DNA of 6,118 nt from a virus, in the IMG/VR virus record IMGVR_UViG_3300029728_000081, positions 1 through 6,118 of that record; one strand, given 5' to 3'. Positions 1 to 5,951 of the stretch are shown here, one piece after another. Each line of letters opens with the position of its first letter. The first letter of the stretch is position 1. The translations under genes were made by a program, and so were the position numbers. The notes beneath the pieces are model-generated. The model was given only the letters and a program-made list of their open reading frames with translations, was not told where the DNA came from and made no database searches.

Positions 1-1
1 T

Positions 2-1048
2 AAGGATAGGAGGCTCCTTTACATACCTGCGAAATGTGGAAATTGTATTGAATGTCGAAAAGAAAAACAAAGAGAATGGAGAGTAAGATTAGAGGAAGAA
101 CTACGTTTGAGATATGGGTATTTTACTACATTAACTATAAGTCCAGACGGTATAAAGGAAATCGAAGAAAAAACCGGCTTAAAATGGAAAGAAAATCCAA
201 ACGAAATCGCAACAAAAGGTTTAAGACTGTTTTTGGAAAGGGTAAGAAAAGAAACGGGAAAGAGCATAAAGCATTGGTGCGTTACAGAACTGGGCGAGAA
301 AAGAGACAGAATACATTTGCACGGTATCTTCTTCGGCCAAAAATCGGCAGCACTTATAAGAAAACACTGGAAATACGGTTTTGTATTTATCGGAGATTAT
401 TGTAATAGCAGAAGTGTCAACTACATGACAAAATATATGTTAAAAGTCGATATTAAGCACCCAGAATTTAAACAAATTGTATTAGCCAGTCCCGGAATAG
501 GATCCGGGTATATGGATAGACTTGACTATCTATGGCAAAAACAAAACTACAAAAATATAAACGTAGCTACCTATACCTTTCGGAACGGAACAAAAATGGC
601 TATGCCGAAATATTATAAAAATAAAATATTTTCCGAGAAAGAAAGGGAAGTCATGTGGACTAATAACCTTAATAGAGGATTATTATGGATCTATGGAGAA
701 AAAGTAAAAGCTGACGACTGGAAAACTATAAATAACCTTAGAGAATATTGGCAAAGATATGGACGCGAAGTAATGGGAGACGATCCTATCGCTTGGAACG
801 CTATGAAAGAGCGTAGAAAAGAAGAAAAACAACGACGGGCTATCGCAGAGGCTCGAAAACATCCTGAAAAATTCAGGACGGAAAATCTAACAGAGTTGCC
901 GTTACAGGCCGATTTTCCTATGCAAGAAATAAAAACAGAATGGGATAGAGCTATAGAAAAACATATCGAAGAAAGTTTATATTTATTTGAATGTATTGAT
1001 GAACAAGACGCCTTGGACTATTACGACGACTTGAGTTATATTGAGTAA
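2..1048 (+). CDS. Replication initiator protein VP4 (rolling-circle Rep). This is the 3' portion in the window; the full gene wraps the circular junction (ATG at 5952, 374 aa total).
   Basis: The frame is open from window position 2 with no start codon. The upstream in-frame sequence at 5952..6028 (MCLYPQYFKNPKYLPNKKNKGKPPIC) joins seamlessly across the 90-nt repeat. RCR motif 1 reads YFTTLTI at about 119..139. Motif 2 (HUH) reads IHLHGIFF, with HLH at 314..322. Motif 3 reads NYMTKYMLK, with the two catalytic Tyr at 422..424 and 434..436. N-terminal CGNCIEC is a zinc-finger-like element typical of Microviridae VP4. The ORF track's start at 107 is an internal Met. Confidence 0.9.
   Translation, partial: KDRRLLYIPAKCGNCIECRKEKQREWRVRLEEELRLRYGYFTTLTISPDGIKEIEEKTGLKWKENPNEIATKGLRLFLERVRKETGKSIKHWCVTELGEKRDRIHLHGIFFGQKSAALIRKHWKYGFVFIGDYCNSRSVNYMTKYMLKVDIKHPEFKQIVLASPGIGSGYMDRLDYLWQKQNYKNINVATYTFRNGTKMAMPKYYKNKIFSEKEREVMWTNNLNRGLLWIYGEKVKADDWKTINNLREYWQRYGREVMGDDPIAWNAMKERRKEEKQRRAIAEARKHPEKFRTENLTELPLQADFPMQEIKTEWDRAIEKHIEESLYLFECIDEQDALDYYDDLSYIE
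52..405 (+). CDS. Overprinted, extremely basic (K/R-rich) 117-aa ORF in the +1 frame inside the rep gene. Possible J/VP5-like DNA-binding protein or a compositional artefact.
   Basis: An ATG-initiated 117-codon ORF sits entirely within the VP4 coding region in another frame. The product is about 40% Lys+Arg. Purine-rich (gaaaaagaa) rep sequence would produce K/R/E codons in the alternate frame by chance, so this is weak. Confidence 0.2.
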   Translation: MSKRKTKRMESKIRGRTTFEIWVFYYINYKSRRYKGNRRKNRLKMERKSKRNRNKRFKTVFGKGKKRNGKEHKALVRYRTGREKRQNTFARYLLRPKIGSTYKKTLEIRFCIYRRLL

Positions 1049-1103
1049 ACTTGAAATAATATCAGACAGGAATCAGACGATATTTTTTTTAAATGTTTAA
1101 GGC

Positions 1104-1189
1104 GGAAAACTTCGTTTTCCTTAGTCGCTTCGCTCCGGAAGAAGTACGCTCGACGGCAGAACTCGTCTCGCTGTATTCCTTGCAGGAAT
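1104..1189. promoter_or_regulatory. GC-rich structured island in the rep-distal intergenic region. Candidate origin or regulatory region.
   Basis: Hairpins GGAAAAC-ttc-GTTTTCC (1104..1120) and ATTCC-ttgca-GGAAT (1175..1189). About 53% GC across 1101..1200 in an otherwise AT-rich genome. Preceded by a T8 run at 1083..1090. Confidence 0.3.
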
Positions 1190-1235
1190 CGGGCAATAGT
1201 TAAAGATGTTAATGGCATAGGTTAAAAATGGGATT

Positions 1236-1271
1236 TTTGTTTATAAAGAGTGGGACCTCGTGTTATCTTTG
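1236..1271 (+). promoter_or_regulatory. Candidate Bacteroides-type promoter (TTTG ... TAtcTTTG) upstream of the first accessory ORF
   Basis: TAtcTTTG at 1264..1271 matches the Bacteroides -7 consensus TAnnTTTG. TTTG at 1236..1239 could be a -33 element, though the spacing of about 24 nt is longer than the canonical 19-21 nt. Confidence 0.2.
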
Positions 1272-1295
1272 TCGTGTAACAAAAAACAAACAATT

Positions 1296-1604
1296 ATGAA
1301 AAAGAGATTTATTTTACTAGCAAAAATCCATTCAAGTGGAAATTTTTTTATGAAAGTGTCTTACAATGAGAGAGATATGATGAGTCGATCAGAAATGATC
1401 TACCGTAAGGATATGGGAGACATTATAGGTCATTTCGTAGAAAATGAGACTGGACACAGATATCTCTTAAATATTAAAGATTGTGAAAATCCAGAACTAA
1501 GACCAGACATCAAATTCTGCACAATAAAAACCGCTAAATTTGCAAAGAAGGCATTAATAGAATACGACGGAACTTTAAAAATAGATATAATTAAACTTTA
1601 CTAA
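1296..1604 (+). CDS. Hypothetical protein (102 aa). The ORF track extends it to a GTG at 1260.
   Basis: ATG at 1296 (MKKRFILLAKIHSS...) preceded by A-rich leader caaaaaacaaacaatt. Stop TAA at 1602..1604. Same strand as all core genes; follows the largest intergenic region. No recognisable motif. Confidence 0.5.
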   Translation: MKKRFILLAKIHSSGNFFMKVSYNERDMMSRSEMIYRKDMGDIIGHFVENETGHRYLLNIKDCENPELRPDIKFCTIKTAKFAKKALIEYDGTLKIDIIKLY

Positions 1605-1606
1605 TC

Positions 1607-1825
1607 ATGAAAGAAGAAATCAAACAGTATTTTAAAGAGAACTGGAAAACAGTAGCAATTGCTATAGGTTCAGCTATATTATTAGCAATATCCTATATAT
1701 TCGAAGGATGCGGAAGTACTTGGAAGATCTCAGGGAATACCGTGAATGTAAACAACAAATGTAAAAATGATTCAATTGAAAATTACAATGATACCATCAA
1801 TGACGAAATACGGCAAATTCCGTAA
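1607..1825 (+). CDS. Small single-pass membrane protein (72 aa). Candidate lysis or membrane-targeting protein.
   Basis: ATG lies 2 nt after the preceding stop (ctaatcATGaaa), suggesting coupling. The predicted transmembrane helix is TVAIAIGSAILLAISYIF, flanked by charged residues (N-terminal KQYFKENWK). The C-terminal tail is polar (N/D/T-rich). Confidence 0.5.
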   Translation: MKEEIKQYFKENWKTVAIAIGSAILLAISYIFEGCGSTWKISGNTVNVNNKCKNDSIENYNDTINDEIRQIP

Positions 1826-2045
1826 AAAGGAATGGATTGGGAGTGCTAAAATACCATTCGAATCATTCAGCGAAGGAAGTTACGCTCTTATGTGGGAAGG
1901 TTTCGAATGGGACACTGGATGCGTGGTGAAGGGGTTCAGGATCGTCATGAACTGCTGCCTCTTCAAGGAAGCGGAACGACTCGAAGACGAATTACGAAAA
2001 AGTAGAATTATATTGACAAAAATTGAAGCAACTAAAAATATTTAA
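1800..2045 (+). CDS. Hypothetical protein (about 81 aa from ATG 1800). The ORF track gives 1767..2045 at 92 aa; it overlaps the preceding ORF in another frame.
   Basis: It fills the otherwise noncoding 1826..2045 gap on the gene strand. Alternative starts are 1767, 1788 and 1800. The product is W/F-rich (EWIGSAKIPFESF...MWEGFEWDTGCVVKGF). Stop TAA at 2043..2045 lies 2 nt before the next ATG. Confidence 0.35.
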   Translation: MTKYGKFRKKEWIGSAKIPFESFSEGSYALMWEGFEWDTGCVVKGFRIVMNCCLFKEAERLEDELRKSRIILTKIEATKNI

Positions 2046-2047
2046 TT

Positions 2048-2302
2048 ATGAACAGAGAAGAAGATTTGAGATGGTGTAACAGCCAAAATGTAGTAAATGT
2101 GTCGTGCATTAAAGAAGGAGAAGACGATAAATTTATTTTTACAGTAGGTCAATACGGAGTAGCTCCTTTAAAATTTGATAGTCGAGAAGAAGCAGAAAAA
2201 TACCTTGAAGAAAATTTTAAACTCACCAACTTAGAATTATCCATAATAGGGGCTATGTGCCAGAGACTTAATGAACTTAAAGAAAAACACGGAGAACAAT
2301 AA
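2048..2302 (+). CDS. Hypothetical small acidic protein (84 aa, about 17 D/E versus 11 K/R).
   Basis: ATG 2 nt after the upstream stop (tttaattATGaac). Clean ORF ending TAA 2300..2302, 12 nt before the VP1 start. No homology assignable by eye. Confidence 0.5.
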   Translation: MNREEDLRWCNSQNVVNVSCIKEGEDDKFIFTVGQYGVAPLKFDSREEAEKYLEENFKLTNLELSIIGAMCQRLNELKEKHGEQ

Positions 2303-2314
2303 AAATTTAAAATT

Positions 2315-4339
2315 ATGAAAGTAAGTATCGGAAAAAATACCCTCGGTGGGGGAAAAAAAATGATGACGCGGTTAAATAATTATAACCGTAGTACACATGA
2401 TCTTAGTAATGTAATACGAACTACTATGGCGCCAGGAGTGTTAGTGCCAACTTGGAAACAATTAGTATTACCAGGTGATACCTTTCCTATTCAAACAAGG
2501 TGTCATACCTTAACACATCCTACGATAGGACCATTATTTGGAAGTTTTAAACAGCAAAACGATTTCTTCTTCTGTCCGATAAGACTCTATAATGCTATGT
2601 TGCATAACAATGCATTAAATATAGGGTTGGACATGAAGAAGGTGAAATTCCCTTATGTAAGATTAACAACTTCAAAATATGAAGACGCCTTCATAGAAGG
2701 AAGTGGCAACACATTAAAAAAACAAATACACCCATCAAGTTTACCGGCATATCTCGGATATAAGGCACTGTCCGATATAAAATCCAACAGCGATCGAGGA
2801 CAAATACAGGTATTACCCATACTCATGTATTACGATATTTTCAAAAACTACTACGCAAACAAACAAGAAGATTCATTTTATCAAATTGTCGCTGGTGGAG
2901 ATTACCAATATTCAAGAATTAGCGCGCCCAAAAGAAAAACATTTTATCTTAATGTGCAATCCAAAGTTTCATCAAAATGGGTTGAAATTTCCAAAATAGG
3001 AGAAAATCCTCCTTCCTACTCTTATAACGTACCCGCTGGGGCAGAATATTTTGTAGGATTTGTTCTCACCTCTGACAATGAAATAGATGAAGATCATACC
3101 TATATACATATGGGAGATGTAACTTTTGACGGTAAAAGATATGGAGTAATAGAAGGGTATTTATCAGATCTATTAAATAATGGAACAATAGCAAGAAGTA
3201 CACCTGCGGCGCAGAACACGAAGGGTTATGTGATAAACGTGTCAAAAGCAGCACAAGGCACATATACTTTCTTCAGCTCAAAGAAGGTCCAAGCAAAAGA
3301 TGATAATAGCTCTTATGCAAAAATACCATTAACCGATATAGATGATATGAGAGAAGCTATATTATCAGCAGGAAAAACTGCATATGAAGCTAATAGCTCT
3401 TTTATAAACAACATATTTAAATCATTGATAAATCCCGAACCAGCAAATCCTAACAAAAACGAATACCCTGCTTGTGCAAATCCAATGGTGGGTTTAGTGT
3501 TAAAAACATATCAAAGCGATATCAATACAAACTGGGTAAACACTGAATGGATAGATGGAGAAACAGGAATCAACGCAATTACAGCAATCGACACGAGTGG
3601 AGGTAGTTTCACTTTGGACACTCTCAACCTCGCAAAAAAAGTATATACCATGCTTAATAGGATTGCCGTGAGCGACGGAAGTTATAACGCATGGATCCAA
3701 ACTGTATACACAAGTGGTGGTTTAAATCATATCGAAACTCCTATATATCTCGGAGGAAGCTCTCTTGAAATCGAATTCCAAGAAGTCATTAACAACAGCG
3801 GATCCGAAGACCAACCGTTAGGAACACTAGCGGGTAGAGGTGTTGCATCAAACCACAAGGGAGGAAATATTATATTTAAGGCCGATGAACCGGGCTATCT
3901 ATTCTGTATCACTTCTATCACACCAAGAGTCGACTATTTCCAAGGTAATGATTGGGATTTATATTTAGAAACAATGGACGACCTTCACAAACCTCAACTT
4001 GACGGTATTGGATTCCAGGATCGACTATATAGACATCTAAATGCAAGCGCAACACCTACCGATTTGGAAAAGACTATCGGAAAACAACCTGCATGGATAG
4101 AATACATGACAAATGTTAATAGAACTTATGGGAACTTTGCACTTATAGAGAATGAAGGATGGATGTGTTTAAATCGTATATTCGGAAATATAGACACATA
4201 TACTACTTATGTATTTCCTCATCTATATAATAACATCTTTGCAGACACAGAAATTACAGCACAAAATTTCTGGGTACAAATTGCCTTTAATACGAATCCT
4301 CGTAGGGTGATGTCGGCAAAAGTAATTCCTAACATTTAA
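2315..4339 (+). CDS. Major capsid protein VP1 (Microviridae F-like jelly-roll MCP), 674 aa. Alternative start ATG at 2360.
   Basis: Conserved Microviridae VP1 N-terminal signature: ...NYNRSTHDLSNVIRTTMAPGVLVPTWKQLVLPGDTF. It is the longest ORF, and its size matches the large VP1 of Alpavirinae-like microviruses. The gene order rep...VP1...VP2 is consistent. The G5A8 tract (2348..2359) immediately before ATGATG at 2360 may mark the true start. Confidence 0.93.
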   Translation: MKVSIGKNTLGGGKKMMTRLNNYNRSTHDLSNVIRTTMAPGVLVPTWKQLVLPGDTFPIQTRCHTLTHPTIGPLFGSFKQQNDFFFCPIRLYNAMLHNNALNIGLDMKKVKFPYVRLTTSKYEDAFIEGSGNTLKKQIHPSSLPAYLGYKALSDIKSNSDRGQIQVLPILMYYDIFKNYYANKQEDSFYQIVAGGDYQYSRISAPKRKTFYLNVQSKVSSKWVEISKIGENPPSYSYNVPAGAEYFVGFVLTSDNEIDEDHTYIHMGDVTFDGKRYGVIEGYLSDLLNNGTIARSTPAAQNTKGYVINVSKAAQGTYTFFSSKKVQAKDDNSSYAKIPLTDIDDMREAILSAGKTAYEANSSFINNIFKSLINPEPANPNKNEYPACANPMVGLVLKTYQSDINTNWVNTEWIDGETGINAITAIDTSGGSFTLDTLNLAKKVYTMLNRIAVSDGSYNAWIQTVYTSGGLNHIETPIYLGGSSLEIEFQEVINNSGSEDQPLGTLAGRGVASNHKGGNIIFKADEPGYLFCITSITPRVDYFQGNDWDLYLETMDDLHKPQLDGIGFQDRLYRHLNASATPTDLEKTIGKQPAWIEYMTNVNRTYGNFALIENEGWMCLNRIFGNIDTYTTYVFPHLYNNIFADTEITAQNFWVQIAFNTNPRRVMSAKVIPNI

Positions 4340-4350
4340 TATTTACAATT

Positions 4351-4686
4351 ATGATTAAACCAAAGTTTTTTCCAAAACCTCCAAAAACAAATTATGAATT
4401 TCAAGATGGAGAAAGTATTGAAAACAAAGTACGACGAATCACTGAGAACAATGAACCTATCACCGACGGAGCTCCAATTATCTATACCAATAGAGAAGAT
4501 GGAGTCCTTCCGGCTTACAATATTAGAACAGATCGTTGGGAAGTAGCTCAGCAAGCAATGGACGCTGTCAACCAAGCTAATTTAGCGAAATCCAAAAATT
4601 ACGGAAAAATAGAACAACAAGAACAGAATGCCCTCGATTCGAAGGAAGTAGGAGACACTTCTTCGCAGCAGGAATCGGCGGGATAA
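4351..4686 (+). CDS. Hypothetical protein (111 aa) between VP1 and VP2. By position, possibly a VP3-like internal scaffolding protein.
   Basis: ATG 11 nt after the VP1 stop. Pro/Lys-rich N-terminus (MIKPKFFPKPPK). Central block ITDGAPIIYTNREDGVLPAYNIRTDRWEVAQQAMDAV. Acidic Q/E/S-rich C-terminus. Followed by a strong hairpin plus T-run. Confidence 0.55.
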   Translation: MIKPKFFPKPPKTNYEFQDGESIENKVRRITENNEPITDGAPIIYTNREDGVLPAYNIRTDRWEVAQQAMDAVNQANLAKSKNYGKIEQQEQNALDSKEVGDTSSQQESAG

Positions 4687-4705
4687 ACCGCACATCTAAG
4701 AGGCT

Positions 4706-4742
4706 GGGAGTTAGAGATTTAATCTCTACTCCCTCCATTTTT
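4706..4742 (+). terminator. Putative rho-independent terminator
   Basis: GGGAG(t)TAGAGAT-tta-ATCTCTACTCCC forms a 12-bp stem with a one-nt bulge (4706..4733). It is followed by tccaTTTTT (T-run 4738..4742) and lies 20 nt after the stop of the 111-aa ORF. Confidence 0.5.
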
Positions 4743-4789
4743 CACAAAATGGTACGCATGTAGCATATATTATCTAGTAATATGTATAA

Positions 4790-4809
4790 CCCTTGTAAAA
4801 TTACAAGGG
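4790..4809. promoter_or_regulatory. Perfect 9-bp inverted repeat CCCTTGTAA-aa-TTACAAGGG, about 25 nt upstream of the VP2 start
   Basis: Read directly from the sequence. No T-run follows it, so it is not a classic terminator. It could be a regulatory or processing hairpin in the VP2 leader. Confidence 0.35.
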
Positions 4810-4834
4810 CGAAGAATTAAACAAATAGAATAAT

Positions 4835-5950
4835 ATGGGATTTAAGGAATCATTTATAAGTGGATTAGGATCCTCAGCAGCAAGCACAGGAGTAGGAGCC
4901 ATCGGAAATTTGATGAGCCAAGCTCTTGGTTTAAGCTGGTCTCCTCAAAAAGCCATGAAAGAACAATGGAAATATAACAAAAATATCATGGCTCTGCAAA
5001 ACAAATATCAGCAAGAAGCAGCAGCTCAATCTCAACAATATGCGAAGGATTATTGGGATTATACTAATACGGAAAATCAAATCAAACATCTGAAAAATGC
5101 CGGTCTAAATATCGGATTAATGTATGGACAGAGTGGAGCCGGAGGTATGGGTGCAAGTGGCGGAGCTCACCAATCCGCACCAGAACAGCCACAAGGTAAT
5201 CCAGTAGGTATGGCATTACAAGTGCAACAACTTGAACAGCAAGAGAGGATGAACAATGCCCAAATAGCACTAGCGGAAGCACAAGCTGAGAAGGCGAAGG
5301 CGGAAGCCTCAAAAATCGGAGGTGTTGATATTCAAGAGAGTCTTGCACGAATTGAAAATTTATTAGCCGGAGCTGAAAAATCAAGAAAAGAAGGAAATGT
5401 ATTTGAAGCAACAGTAGGACTCGTTGAAGCTCAAAAAAATTTGACCCAAAAATTAGAGGATAAAACATATTGGGAAACGGAACTGGCAAAGGCAAGGACA
5501 GGAACCGAGCAAGAACAGAAGGAAAATCTAAAAGTATTGCGGCAAAATATGATCAACGAAGGTTTTAAAATCCTCGAAGAATGGAATAATCTTAAAAAGG
5601 ATGGACGAGCTAAAGATATTATGAATTACATCAATGGCGCAAGCATGAATGAGCAAATTAGAGCATTTGCTTTAAACAACGCAAGAACAGTGGCAGAAAC
5701 TGCATTAGATAACGCAAAGAACAAACTAACAGCTCAACAAATTAACACGTTAGCTCGTGAAGAACAATTACTCATAGAACGTGCTGTCTCAGAAAAATGG
5801 GATAGAGAAACGCGCCGGCGCCAAGTTGAAGCTTTTGAAAAACGAGTACACGACCAAAATGTAAACGAAAAATGGGGTCTCGTAAATGAAGATATTAAAA
5901 TAATTTCAGATAGCGCATTAAAAGCAATGGATACCTTAATACCTTGGTAA
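4835..5950 (+). CDS. Minor capsid / DNA pilot protein VP2 (371 aa)
   Basis: Gly/Ser/Ala-rich N-terminus (GLGSSAASTGVGAIGNLMSQALGLSW). Conserved VP2-type block NKNIMALQNKYQQEAAAQSQQYAKDYWDYTNTENQIKHLKNAGLNIGLMYG, followed by a Gly-rich stretch and a long Q/A/E/K-rich predicted coiled coil. It sits immediately upstream of rep, whose ATG is 1 nt after the VP2 stop. Confidence 0.85.
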   Translation: MGFKESFISGLGSSAASTGVGAIGNLMSQALGLSWSPQKAMKEQWKYNKNIMALQNKYQQEAAAQSQQYAKDYWDYTNTENQIKHLKNAGLNIGLMYGQSGAGGMGASGGAHQSAPEQPQGNPVGMALQVQQLEQQERMNNAQIALAEAQAEKAKAEASKIGGVDIQESLARIENLLAGAEKSRKEGNVFEATVGLVEAQKNLTQKLEDKTYWETELAKARTGTEQEQKENLKVLRQNMINEGFKILEEWNNLKKDGRAKDIMNYINGASMNEQIRAFALNNARTVAETALDNAKNKLTAQQINTLAREEQLLIERAVSEKWDRETRRRQVEAFEKRVHDQNVNEKWGLVNEDIKIISDSALKAMDTLIPW

Positions 5951-5951
5951 T

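Noticed and set aside
19-267. 82-aa minus-strand ORF overlapping the rep N-terminus
   Set aside because: Antisense to the rep coding sequence and across the terminal repeat. Phe/Ser-rich product from the complement of purine-rich codons. Spurious.
1083-1120. T8 run plus GGAAAAC/GTTTTCC hairpin as a rep terminator
   Set aside because: The T-run precedes rather than follows the hairpin on the + strand, so it is not a canonical intrinsic terminator. Retained only as part of the structured intergenic island.
1036-1218. 60-aa ORF on the minus strand across the rep-distal intergenic region
   Set aside because: It is on the non-coding strand of an ssDNA microvirus, in which all known genes are on one strand. 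It spans the GC-rich hairpin island, which readily yields open frames, and it has no start context. Most likely spurious.
1260-1295. GTG-initiated N-terminal extension (MLSLSCNKKQTI) of the first accessory ORF
   Set aside because: The ORF track starts at a GTG that overlaps the putative TAnnTTTG promoter box. The downstream ATG at 1296 with an A-rich leader is a more plausible start.
3066-3700. Two minus-strand ORFs of 65 and 66 aa inside VP1
   Set aside because: Short, Leu/Cys-rich, wholly embedded antisense to a well-supported capsid gene. No supporting signals.
4336-4575. 79-aa minus-strand ORF antisense to the 111-aa ORF
   Set aside because: Wrong strand for a microvirus, low-complexity product, no start context.
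5082-5495. 137-aa minus-strand ORF inside VP2
   Set aside because: It is the antisense of the Q/E/A/K-rich coiled-coil codons and gives a low-complexity Leu-rich product (LLLLQIHFLLFLIF). Typical antisense artefact.
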